A DNA stretch of 64,000 nucleotides, from positions 4,960,001 to 5,024,000 of the forward strand of contig JBLDXI010000024.1 in assembly GCA_047495785.1 (NCBI GenBank), read 5' to 3'. The notes under the pieces are model-generated. The model made no database searches and was not told the origin of the DNA. It saw only the letters and a program-made list of their open reading frames with translations. Position 1 is the first letter of the stretch. Every line of letters begins with the position of its first letter. A program made the translations under genes and the position numbers. The stretch comes from Lepidodermella squamata (lineage: Eukaryota > Animalia > Gastrotricha). This document shows, in pieces, positions 25,201 through 37,617 of this stretch.

Positions 25201-25422
25201 ATGATATTAATGCACATTCAATGTTATTGAAAGTAGATCTCGCCCCTGGAAGTTTTGGCGGATAAATCTTTGAATTAGGAAACAAGAGGTCTTTAAAGTT
25301 TTCTGAAAATGTATCACTTAAAACCGAAATGAACTAACAATTTTCGTTGACGGCGAAACTCCATTGGTTAACTAATTAACTAAGTAACGATAACTAAATT
25401 GATAAGCCCCAGAAATGGCTTA

Positions 25423-25582
25423 GCGTCGTTGAATAACTCTGATTTGGGCAAGTTTACGTCAGTGACAAGTAAAAGGTGATAGCAGAGTTTTTATGTGAAC
25501 GAAGACGGAAGCAAACTTGTCACCCGTCAACTGTCTGTAACTGACGTGATCAAGCCCTAATCCGAGTTGTATTCAACGACGC
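25423..25582. mobile_element. Nested ~160 bp fold-back MITE
   Basis: TA-GCGTCGTTGAATA...TATTCAACGACGC-TA; imperfect inverted arms extend ~45 bp; inner IR GTGACAAGT/ACTTGTCAC. Confidence 0.75.
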
Positions 25583-25876
25583 TAACGACTACGGTATGAC
25601 TACGGCGCAGTGATGGCGGTTCATTCTGCTTTGACTGCTATGGTTTAGCTTTTTTCTTCCATTTAAAATGTCTATATCTATTGGATACCAATTAAGTGTT
25701 AAATTTCAATACCTAGAGCAGATCAGATTTGTCTCCAAAAAGCTGCGCTTTGATTTAGGATCTAGCCTTGACAAGCAGAACAAACCGCTCCATTGCTCCA
25801 GAAATCTACCCGTAAACCGTTCTCATCATAAAGTACGCGCCACTTATTTGCCTTCAATTACTCTGAAACTCTGAAA

Positions 25877-26360
25877 CAGTGTGGTCCACGGCCGGAAAAT
25901 GGCGAGTCACCAACCGGAGTCAAAATTGGGCCAAAGAGTCAAAACCATTAAAACGCCGATAAACCAGTAAATGTTACGTCTAAATATCACTCCAATTCCC
26001 GTTCTAGCTCGAAAATTGCTCTCTCTATATTCACCTGTCGCTGCAACTTTTCGGGGGGTTCGACTGGTTTTTAACAAAATTCGCCATTTTTGCGCCTTTG
26101 TAACTTGTAGAAAAATAGCTCCCTGCGAGCGAAGCGAGCTTCAGCTGAGGATATTTCTTCGACTTTTTGGACTTTTTTATGAGTGTGGAGTCAAAGCATC
26201 TAATTTTGGAGTCAAACTCAGAGCCGGAGTCAAGTTTATAGCTAGGTTATTTGTGACTCTTTCCGGAGTCAAGCTCGGCTTAGTAATCGGAGTCACACAT
26301 GAGTAAAAAAAATCCCAAAAGAGTCAAAATGGCTTGGGAGTCACACTTTGGACCACACTG
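25877..26360. mobile_element. Nested hAT-type MITE (484 bp)
   Basis: 12-bp TIRs CAGTGTGGTCCA/TGGACCACACTG; 8-bp TSD CTCTGAAA/CCCTGAAA (1 mismatch); ~10 subterminal GAGTCA motifs at the two ends. Confidence 0.85.
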
Positions 26361-28923
26361 CCCTGAAAGTTATTCTGCATTCTCGCCATTAGATTGAAGT
26401 GCCGTAAGCATTCCTGATTGACCTAATTATAGTTAAGATTCCAGCTAAAATGATCAAGTGGATGCGCATTGTAAATTATACTTCTGCGCATGATTGCTTT
26501 CTTTGATAACTACTGTTAGCCCGTGGCATTTTGCTCTTTGGCCGTCGGTTCAACACCATCAGACTAAATGTGACGTACTATTTCATTAAGAAGTCCGCGC
26601 AAAAATCGTGAATCCCAAACTCAAATGGTGGGTCACGTTTTGTCGTATCATGCCAAGCGAGTTGCATGTCGAACATTTCTCGAATGCAGCGGTTTCGTTG
26701 CTAATTGCTAATTGCTAATCATCAATCATCGCTAAATCGCTAACCAGATCACATTACCAAGACAATCCGCTATCTTTCTTAGGATACAGGGATACAAGTC
26801 ATACTAGCAATTCTCGAATGCTACCAACTTCGTAAACTTTGGGTGATTCTACTATTGACCTCATATGGCTGCGAGCTGCGAATCTGCTTCAGCGATTCCG
26901 CGAGCTTCGCGCAAGGTTGTAGTTCAGTTTGTCGCAACAGCTCAACTGCTCATATTTGATAAAATATGAAATGCGATTAGAAAAATACGTGATCGCTTTT
27001 TCATGCAATAAAATTTAAGAAGTATATCGAAATGCCTGCGAGCTGCGAGATAATGGAGAAGGATAACCACAAAATAGTTTATAACTAATCGCGTAATAAG
27101 TGCTCTCTTGGCATTTTCATGATAGTAGAAAAATTGGCTCATAGTCCATACTTCCGTAATATGCATTTTTCGTGATGATAACTGCATGGGTCGCATAAAA
27201 TTATGCTCCGGGAATGGGAAACTAAAAAGTAAGCCCATTCGAACGCAGACTCTGGTCATGTTTGAACAATAAGTGGTGGATAGTCATGGTTCAACTTCAC
27301 TATACAGAGAGAGTGCGAGAGAGAGACAGAGATTTTACCCTATGAGTTTACCCTATGGATATTGATAGAATTGATAGAATTGAATAATAAAAATTATATT
27401 ATATATTATAATTATAAAATTGATAGAATTATCCTAGACTACGCTCGTAGGGAACGAAGGTGAAATCAAGAAGAGGAGGATAAATTTGGTTGATCTTAAG
27501 AATTTAGCCGTGATAACGGAGAAATTGTCTGAAGCGTTTGTGCGTAGTACGCATTCTGCATTCTGGTAGCGTTGCAACCGTTCGGTATCGGATGCGCCGC
27601 AATAATGATGCTATTACCGGCAAATAAAAAGTAGCTTATATTACCAGTACCAAGTATTTTATTACAAACAGCATGGAAGTACTGCCTAACGCGGTCTCTT
27701 ACGTCGCAACACGAACGATATTCAATTTGATTCAGATGAACCAGCGCGGGTTCAGCTTCGAGCATGCAATAAACCTCAAATCTTGTATAGGCTATACTTC
27801 ATGTGACAGGCGCTGTGGCGAAATGGCTATCGCGTCGGACTTCGGATCCGAAGATTGTGGGTTCGAGTCCCATCAGCGTCGTCCGCTTTTGTATTTTTGT
27901 TAGTTTCAGTAGGCTTCTGAAGCCATTTAAACAAATATTTCGACAACTGCTTGCGTAAATTTAATCTGCCTGCAATCTACCACGCATTTCAAGGGCCTTC
28001 CTAGCTCAGTCGGTAGAGCATGTGACTTTTAATCACAGGGTCGGGGGTTCGAGTCCCCCGGAGGGCGCAAGCTTTTTCCTCAGTTGCTCGGTTTAGCTGC
28101 ATTCGGCTGATTTCACCGCTTCGTCGAATCACTTGCCGTGGCGTTAACTACGAAGGGGGATTAGCTCAAATGGTAGAGCGCTCGCTTAGCATGCGAGAGG
28201 TAACGGGATCGACGCCCGTATCCTCCACAATTTTTTCTGCCTGTAGAAACGGTTTGTTCGCCGAAATGAGACGTCGTCCCTGAAATTCTAGCTGTCACCT
28301 TCGGCTCAGTAGCTTAGTGGTAGAGCGTCTGCCTAGTAAGCAGAAGATCGAGGGTTCGATCCCCCCCTGAGCCTGGTATTGGGTGAATTTTTTGAAAATA
28401 AAGCCACAAAACTTTGCCAGTCAGTTTTTATGTTGCAGGCGTGGAAATGATAAAAATGTTCCCTGACCGGGAATCGAACCCGGGCCGCCGCGGTGAAAGC
28501 GCGGAATCCTAACCACTAGACCATCAGGGAGATGATGACAACGAGACCACTGGACGTGGTGTTCATCTGTCATTCAGCGCTTTTCGCAGGTTGTCAAAGG
28601 TAAAAATGCGGCGGGCCCGTTCGGGAATTGAACCCGAGACCTCTCGCACCCGAAGCGAGAATCATACCCCTAGACCAACGGGCCGGTGCTACGCTGCCGC
28701 TAGGAAGGCTCTACCTAAGCGTTCGTAATGACACTTGGGGTTACCAAAAACGTGGGGCACGCCGAGACCCGGGATCGAACCAGGGACCTTTAGATCTTCA
28801 GTCTAACGCTCTCCCAACTGAGCTATCTCGGCTGTTATGTACAGCAGTGGTAAAGTTGATGCTTCGCTAGCTCATTGCAGGCTGTTATAGTTTGATCTAA
28901 AAATTGCGCTCCTGGGTGGGCTC

Positions 28924-28963
<40 letters not shown>

Positions 28964-31900
28964 AATTGCGCCACAGAAGCTCACGGCAGGCAGAACTAGC
29001 AGGAGGCTAAGGCCTAACAACGATTGGCCAAGGTCTGCGAACTTGGGTCCAGTTCGATGTGCAGTCATTAGAGTAGCGGACGCGATTTTATCCTTTACGG
29101 CTTTTGCAGCCGACAAGCTTTTGTGATACACCAGCTTAACATTACCTCACCCCTCACGCGACCCGCGATAGCTCAGCTGGTAGAGCGGAGGACTGTAGAT
29201 GCAACGCAGCTATCCTTAGGTCGGTGGTTCAAGTCCGCCTCGCGGGATCGATGACTTTTTTACAGCTGATGAGCCCGCAGAATCGGTTATTTTCGAGCCT
29301 CGAAGAAGCTTTGCCATCTTGCATCAGGCCCGTTGGTCTAGGGGTATGATTCTCGCTTTGGGTGCGAGAGGTCTCGGGTTCAAATCCCGGACGGGCCCAA
29401 GCTTTTTGATATAATAGCCGAAGCGGCGGCATTACAAAAGGTGCATGCAATAAATAGCCTTCAGCAAGTAATGCTATCATAGCGGCATCGGTGGTTCAGT
29501 GGTAGAATTCTCGCCTGCCACGCGGGAGGCCCGGGTTCGATTCCCGGCCGATGCAAGCGACCCTGTTTTTGCATGAAAGCTTTGAGCAGCACCCGGCGAA
29601 CAATGAAGCGCGGAAATTCAAAAGCAATGCCAACAGACTCCATGTCACCAAAATCCTTGGTAGTATAGTGGTTAGTATCCCCGCCTGTCACGCGGGAGAC
29701 CAGGGTTCGATTCCCTGCCAAGGAGTCAGCTTTTTACATGCGGATTTGTGGATTTCAAGCAAATTTATTCAGTAATAACGTGCAAAAATGTTGATTGCCG
29801 CCCGATGTGGGGCTCGAACCCACGACCCTGGGATTAAGAGTCCCATGCTCTACCGACTGAGCTAACCGGGCTTAGCCGACATAGCTGATGACTAGGGCAG
29901 GTTCAAAGACCCAAATCAGGCATGCGACACGAGTCAGAGACAGAGAGTGTGTAAAAACATTCGAGGCTGCCAGGAGTCGAACCTGGAATCTTCTGATCCG
30001 TAGTCAGACGCGTTGTCCATTGCGCCACAACCCCATCGTGTTGATTTAGCATCATATCGTTGATGATACGTACAGCGTTGTAGCACAGGAAAAAGCATAA
30101 AATGTATGTCAGAAGTGGGATTCGAACCCACGCCAGTAGAAACTGACTGCGACCTGAACGCAGCGCCTTGGACCGCTCGGCCATCCTGACGGGATGGTGG
30201 TATAGATTGATATCCCGCAGACGGCATTTCGCAAAGCCAGTAGAGCGTCGCCACAAAGTACTTAGTTTAATTACCTGTTGCCAATATAAAACTTAAACTA
30301 GCCAGCAATGTCGATCAGGGTGTATCGTTGTTGAAACTGCTGAATGAGCACTCAAGTCGCTATGCCCGAGTGGTTAAGGGGTCTGACTAGAAATCAGATG
30401 CGGTCTCCGCGCGTAGGTTCAAATCCTACTGGCGACGACAGTTATTTTTGCAATATAACGACTGAAAGTCAGTTCTGCAATTAGTCTCCATAATATACAG
30501 TCCTCGCATTCATCAGGCGTCAGTGGTGTAACGGTCAGCATGGTTGCCTTCCAAGCAGCCGATCCGGGTTCGACTCCCGGCTGACGCACACGTTTTTAGC
30601 TCACACGTTTGAGAGCAGCAAACGCATTGCTAGTGACGAGATGAAAGCTTTCCTTTCCAAAAGCAGCGTTCGAGAGGTCCCATGGTGTAGCGGTTAGCAC
30701 TCTGGACTCTGAATCCAGCGACTCGAGTTCGATTCTCGATGGGACCTTGATCAGTTTTTTCAAACAAACATAGCTGGAACTCAACAGCTGGAAACTTGCG
30801 ATCATAATATTTGTTACCATTCAAACCTTTTCTTTCACTAGCCTAGGGGGCATAGCTCAGTGGTAGAGCGTCTCATTCGCATTGTGAAGGTCTCGGGTTC
30901 AATCCCCGATGCCTCCAGTTGGCACTTTTTTCGCGTAAATGTTGAGAAGTAACAGCCATAATACTGATGATATGAATCGGAAATAAGTCTAAGCATGCGA
31001 AAAAAGAGTGTCAGAAGTGGGGTTCGAACCCACGCCCTCTTTCGAGGACCAGATCTTGAGTCTGGCGCCTTAGACCGCTCGGCCATCCTGACCGTCTGAC
31101 TGAATATTCAATTTGATTCAGATGAACCAGCGCGGGTTCAGCTTCGAGCATGCAATAAACCTCAAATCTTGTATAGGCTATACTTCATGTGACAGGCGCT
31201 GTGGCGAAATGGCTATCGCGTCGGACTTCGGATCCGAAGATTGTGGGTTCGAGTCCCATCAGCGTCGTCCGCTTTTGTATTTTTGTTAGTTTCAGTAGGC
31301 TTCTGAAGCCATTTAAACAAATATTTCGACAACTGCTTGCGTAAATTTAATCTGCCTGCAATCTACCACGCATTTCAAGGGCCTTCCTAGCTCAGTCGGT
31401 AGAGCATGTGACTTTTAATCACAGGGTCGGGGGTTCGAGTCCCCCGGAGGGCGCAAGCTTTTTCCTCAGTTGCTCGGTTTAGCTGCATTCGGCTGATTTC
31501 ACCGCTTCGTCGAATCACTTGCCGTGGCGTTAACTACGAAGGGGGATTAGCTCAAATGGTAGAGCGCTCGCTTAGCATGCGAGAGGTAACGGGATCGACG
31601 CCCGTATCCTCCACAATTTTTTCTGCCTGTAGAAACGGTTTGTTCGCCGAAATGAGACGTCGTCCCTGAAATTCTAGCTGTCACCTTCGGCTCAGTAGCT
31701 TAGTGGTAGAGCGTCTGCCTAGTAAGCAGAAGATCGAGGGTTCGATCCCCCCCTGAGCCTGGTATTGGGTGAATTTTTTGAAAATAAAGCCACAAAACTT
31801 TGCCAGTCAGTTTTTATGTTGCAGGCGTGGAAATGATAAAAATGTTGCCTGACCGGGAATCGAACCCGGGCCGCCGCGGTGAAAGCGCGGAATCCTAACC

Positions 31901-32309
31901 ACTAGACCATCAGGGAGATGATGACAACGAGACCACTGGACGTGGTGTTCATCTGTCATTCAGCGCTTTTCGCAGGTTGTCAAAGGTAAAAATGCGGCGG
32001 GCCCGTTCGGGAATTGAACCCGAGACCTCTCGCACCCGAAGCGAGAATCATACCCCTAGACCAACGGGCCGGTGCTACGCTGCCGCTAGGAAGGCTCTAC
32101 CTAAGCGTTCGTAATGACACTTGGGGTTACCAAAAACGTGGGGCACGCCGAGACCCGGGATCGAACCAGGGACCTTTAGATCTTCAGTCTAACGCTCTCC
32201 CAACTGAGCTATCTCGGCTGTTATGTACAGCAGTGGTAAAGTTGATGCTTCGCTAGCTCATTGCAGGCTGTTATAGTTTGATCTAAAAATTGCGCTCCTG
32301 GGTGGGCTC

Positions 32310-32349
<40 letters not shown>

Positions 32350-35300
32350 AATTGCGCCACAGAAGCTCACGGCAGGCAGAACTAGCAGGAGGCTAAGGCC
32401 TAACAACGATTGGCCAAGGTCTGCGAACTTGGGTCCAGTTCGATGTGCAGTCATTAGAGTAGCGGACGCGATTTTATCCTTTACGGCTTTTGCAGCCGAC
32501 AAGCTTTTGTGATACACCAGCTTAACATTACCTCACCCCTCACGCGACCCGCGATAGCTCAGCTGGTAGAGCGGAGGACTGTAGATGCAACGCAGCTATC
32601 CTTAGGTCGGTGGTTCAAGTCCGCCTCGCGGGATCGATGACTTTTTTACAGCTGATGAGCCCGCAGAATCGGTTATTTTCGAGCCTCGAAGAAGCTTTGC
32701 CATCTTGCATCAGGCCCGTTGGTCTAGGGGTATGATTCTCGCTTTGGGTGCGAGAGGTCTCGGGTTCAAATCCCGGACGGGCCCAAGCTTTTTGATATAA
32801 TAGCCGAAGCGGCGGCATTACAAAAGGTGCATGCAATAAATAGCCTTCAGCAAGTAATGCTATCATAGCGGCATCGGTGGTTCAGTGGTAGAATTCTCGC
32901 CTGCCACGCGGGAGGCCCGGGTTCGATTCCCGGCCGATGCAAGCGACCCTGTTTTTGCATGAAAGCTTTGAGCAGCACCCGGCGAACAATGAAGCGCGGA
33001 AATTCAAAAGCAATGCCAACAGACTCCATGTCACCAAAATCCTTGGTAGTATAGTGGTTAGTATCCCCGCCTGTCACGCGGGAGACCAGGGTTCGATTCC
33101 CTGCCAAGGAGTCAGCTTTTTACATGCGGATTTGTGGATTTCAAGCAAATTTATTCAGTAATAACGTGCAAAAATGTTGATTGCCGCCCGATGTGGGGCT
33201 CGAACCCACGACCCTGGGATTAAGAGTCCCATGCTCTACCGACTGAGCTAACCGGGCTTAGCCGACATAGCTGATGACTAGGGCAGGTTCAAAGACCCAA
33301 ATCAGGCATGCGACACGAGTCAGAGACAGAGAGTGTGTAAAAACATTCGAGGCTGCCAGGAGTCGAACCTGGAATCTTCTGATCCGTAGTCAGACGCGTT
33401 GTCCATTGCGCCACAACCCCATCGTGTTGATTTAGCATCATATCGTTGATGATACGTACAGCGTTGTAGCACAGGAAAAAGCATAAAATGTATGTCAGAA
33501 GTGGGATTCGAACCCACGCCAGTAGAAACTGACTGCGACCTGAACGCAGCGCCTTGGACCGCTCGGCCATCCTGACGGGATGGTGGTATAGATTGATATC
33601 CCGCAGACGGCATTTCGCAAAGCCAGTAGAGCGTCGCCACAAAGTACTTAGTTTAATTACCTGTTGCCAATATAAAACTTAAACTAGCCAGCAATGTCGA
33701 TCAGGGTGTATCGTTGTTGAAACTGCTGAATGAGCACTCAAGTCGCTATGCCCGAGTGGTTAAGGGGTCTGACTAGAAATCAGATGCGGTCTCCGCGCGT
33801 AGGTTCAAATCCTACTGGCGACGACAGTTATTTTTGCAATATAACGACTGAAAGTCAGTTCTGCAATTAGTCTCCATAATATACAGTCCTCGCATTCATC
33901 AGGCGTCAGTGGTGTAACGGTCAGCATGGTTGCCTTCCAAGCAGCCGATCCGGGTTCGACTCCCGGCTGACGCACACGTTTTTAGCTCACACGTTTGAGA
34001 GCAGCAAACGCATTGCTAGTGACGAGATGAAAGCTTTCCTTTCCAAAAGCAGCGTTCGAGAGGTCCCATGGTGTAGCGGTTAGCACTCTGGACTCTGAAT
34101 CCAGCGACTCGAGTTCGATTCTCGATGGGACCTTGATCAGTTTTTTCAAACAAACATAGCTGGAACTCAACAGCTGGAAACTTGCGATCATAATATTTGT
34201 TACCATTCAAACCTTTTCTTTCACTAGCCTAGGGGGCATAGCTCAGTGGTAGAGCGTCTCATTCGCATTGTGAAGGTCTCGGGTTCAATCCCCGATGCCT
34301 CCAGTTGGCACTTTTTTCGCGTAAATGTTGAGAAGTAACAGCCATAATACTGATGATATGAATCGGAAATAAGTCTAAGCATGCGAAAAAAGAGTGTCAG
34401 AAGTGGGGTTCGAACCCACGCCCTCTTTCGAGGACCAGATCTTGAGTCTGGCGCCTTAGACCGCTCGGCCATCCTGACCGTCTGACTGAATATTCAATTT
34501 GATTCAGATGAACCAGCGCGGGTTCAGCTTCGAGCATGCAATAAACCTCAAATCTTGTATAGGCTATACTTCATGTGACAGGCGCTGTGGCGAAATGGCT
34601 ATCGCGTCGGACTTCGGATCCGAAGATTGTGGGTTCGAGTCCCATCAGCGTCGTCCGCTTTTGTATTTTTGTTAGTTTCAGTAGGCTTCTGAAGCCATTT
34701 AAACAAATGTTTCGACAACTGCTTGCGTAAATTTAATCTGCCTGCAATCTACCACGCATTTCAAGGGCCTTCCTAGCTCAGTCGGTAGAGCATGTGACTT
34801 TTAATCACAGGGTCGGGGGTTCGAGTCCCCCGGAGGGCGCAAGCTTTTTCCTCAGTTGCTCGGTTTAGCTGCATTCGGCTGATTTCACCGCTTCGTCGAA
34901 TCACTTGCTTTGGCGTTAACTACGAAGGGGGATTAGCTCAAATGGTAGAGCGCTCGCTTAGCATGCGAGAGGTAACGGGATCGACGCCCGTATCCTCCAC
35001 AATTTTTTCTGCCTGTAGAAACGGTTTGTTCGCCGAAATGAGACGTCGTCCCTGAAATTCTAGCTGTCACCTTCGGCTCAGTAGCTTAGTGGTAGAGCGT
35101 CTGCCTAGTAAGCAGAAGATCGAGGGTTCGATCCCCCCCCCTGAGCCTGGTATTGGGTGAATTTTTTGAAAATAAAGCCACAAAACTTTGCCAGTCAGTT
35201 TTTATGTTGCAGGCGTGGAAATGATAAAAATGTTGCCTGACCGGGAATCGAACCCGGGCCGCCGCGGTGAAAGCGCGGAATCCTAACCACTAGACCATCA

Positions 35301-35697
35301 GGGAGATGATGACAACGAGACCACTGGACGTGGTGTTCATCTGTCATTCAGCGCTTTTCGCAGGTTGTCAAAGGTAAAAATGCGGCGGGCCCGTTCGGGA
35401 ATTGAACCCGAGACCTCTCGCACCCGAAGCGAGAATCATACCCCTAGACCAACGGGCCGGTGCTACGCTGCCGCTAGGAAGGCTCTACCTAAGCGTTCGT
35501 AATGACACTTGGGGTTACCAAAAACGTGGGGCACGCCGAGACCCGGGATCGAACCAGGGACCTTTAGATCTTCAGTCTAACGCTCTCCCAACTGAGCTAT
35601 CTCGGCTGTTATGTACAGCAGTGGTAAAGTTGATGCTTCGCTAGCTCATTGCAGGCTGTTATAGTTTGATCTAAAAATTGCGCTCCTGGGTGGGCTC

Positions 35698-35737
<40 letters not shown>

Positions 35738-37617
35738 AATTGCGCCACAGAAGCTCACGGCAGGCAGAACTAGCAGGAGGCTAAGGCCTAACAACGATTG
35801 GCCAAGGTCTGCGAACTTGGGTCCAGTTCGATGTGCAGTCATTAGAGTAGCGGACGCGATTTTATCCTTTACGGCTTTTGCAGCCGACAAGCTTTTGTGA
35901 TACACCAGCTTAACATTACCTCACCCCTCACGCGACCCGCGATAGCTCAGCTGGTAGAGCGGAGGACTGTAGATGCAACGCAGCTATCCTTAGGTCGGTG
36001 GTTCAAGTCCGCCTCGCGGGATCGATGACTTTTTTACAGCTGATGAGCCCGCAGAATCGGTTATTTTCGAGCCTCGAAGAAGCTTTGCCATCTTGCATCA
36101 GGCCCGTTGGTCTAGGGGTATGATTCTCGCTTTGGGTGCGAGAGGTCTCGGGTTCAAATCCCGGACGGGCCCAAGCTTTTTGATATAATAGCCGAAGCGG
36201 CGGCATTACAAAAGGTGCATGCAATAAATAGCCTTCAGCAAGTAATGCTATCATAGCGGCATCGGTGGTTCAGTGGTAGAATTCTCGCCTGCCACGCGGG
36301 AGGCCCGGGTTCGATTCCCGGCCGATGCAAGCGACCCTGTTTTTGCATGAAAGCTTTGAGCAGCACCCGGCGAACAATGAAGCGCGGAAATTCAAAAGCA
36401 ATGCCAACAGACTCCATGTCACCAAAATCCTTGGTAGTATAGTGGTTAGTATCCCCGCCTGTCACGCGGGAGACCAGGGTTCGATTCCCTGCCAAGGAGT
36501 CAGCTTTTTACATGCGGATTTGTGGATTTCAAGCAAATTTATTCAGTAATAACGTGCAAAAATGTTGATTGCCGCCCGATGTGGGGCTCGAACCCACGAC
36601 CCTGGGATTAAGAGTCCCATGCTCTACCGACTGAGCTAACCGGGCTTAGCCGACATAGCTGATGACTAGGGCAGGTTCAAAGACCCAAATCAGGCATGCG
36701 ACACGAGTCAGAGACAGAGAGTGTGTAAAAACATTCGAGGCTGCCAGGAGTCGAACCTGGAATCTTCTGATCCGTAGTCAGACGCGTTGTCCATTGCGCC
36801 ACAACCCCATCGTGTTGATTTAGCATCATATCGTTGATGATACGTACAGCGTTGTAGCACAGGAAAAAGCATAAAATGTATGTCAGAAGTGGGATTCGAA
36901 CCCACGCCAGTAGAAACTGACTGCGACCTGAACGCAGCGCCTTGGACCGCTCGGCCATCCTGACGGGATGGTGGTATAGATTGATATCCCGCAGACGGCA
37001 TTTCGCAAAGCCAGTAGAGCGTCGCCACAAAGTACTTAGTTTAATTACCTGTTGCCAATATAAAACTTAAACTAGCCAGCAATGTCGATCAGGGTGTATC
37101 GTTGTTGAAACTGCTGAATGAGCACTCAAGTCGCTATGCCCGAGTGGTTAAGGGGTCTGACTAGAAATCAGATGCGGTCTCCGCGCGTAGGTTCAAATCC
37201 TACTGGCGACGACAGTTATTTTTGCAATATAACGACTGAAAGTCAGTTCTGCAATTAGTCTCCATAATACAGTCCTCGCATTCATCAGGCGTCAGTGGTG
37301 TAACGGTCAGCATGGTTGCCTTCCAAGCAGCCGATCCGGGTTCGACTCCCGGCTGACGCACACGTTTTTAGCTCACACGTTTGAGAGCAGCAAACGCATT
37401 GCTAGTGACGAGATGAAAGCTTTCCTTTCCAAAAGCAGCGTTCGAGAGGTCCCATGGTGTAGCGGTTAGCACTCTGGACTCTGAATCCAGCGACTCGAGT
37501 TCGATTCTCGATGGGACCTTGATCAGTTTTTTCAAACAAACATAGCTGGAACTCAACAGCTGGAAACTTGCGATCATAATATTTGTTACCATTCAAACCT
37601 TTTCTTTCACTAGCCTA

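Larger units (their letters stand above)
24426..27717. mobile_element. Non-autonomous TIR DNA transposon (3,292 bp); ATAT TSD (Sola1-like) or TA TSD (Tc1/mariner-like)
   Basis: 27-bp TIRs CGTTCGTGTTGCGACGTAAG(G/A)GACCGC; ATAT duplicated at 24422-24425 / 27718-27721 (equivalently TA with 1-bp longer TIRs); empty site TGAATATTCA in the other units; no transposase ORF seen. Confidence 0.92.

Noticed and set aside
24643-27903. ORFs inside the 3.3 kb insertion as a transposase or captured genes
   Set aside because: They are short, lack recognisable DDE or other domain motifs, and I found no coherent splice model. The 111-aa ORF is a translation of the GAGTCA repeats.
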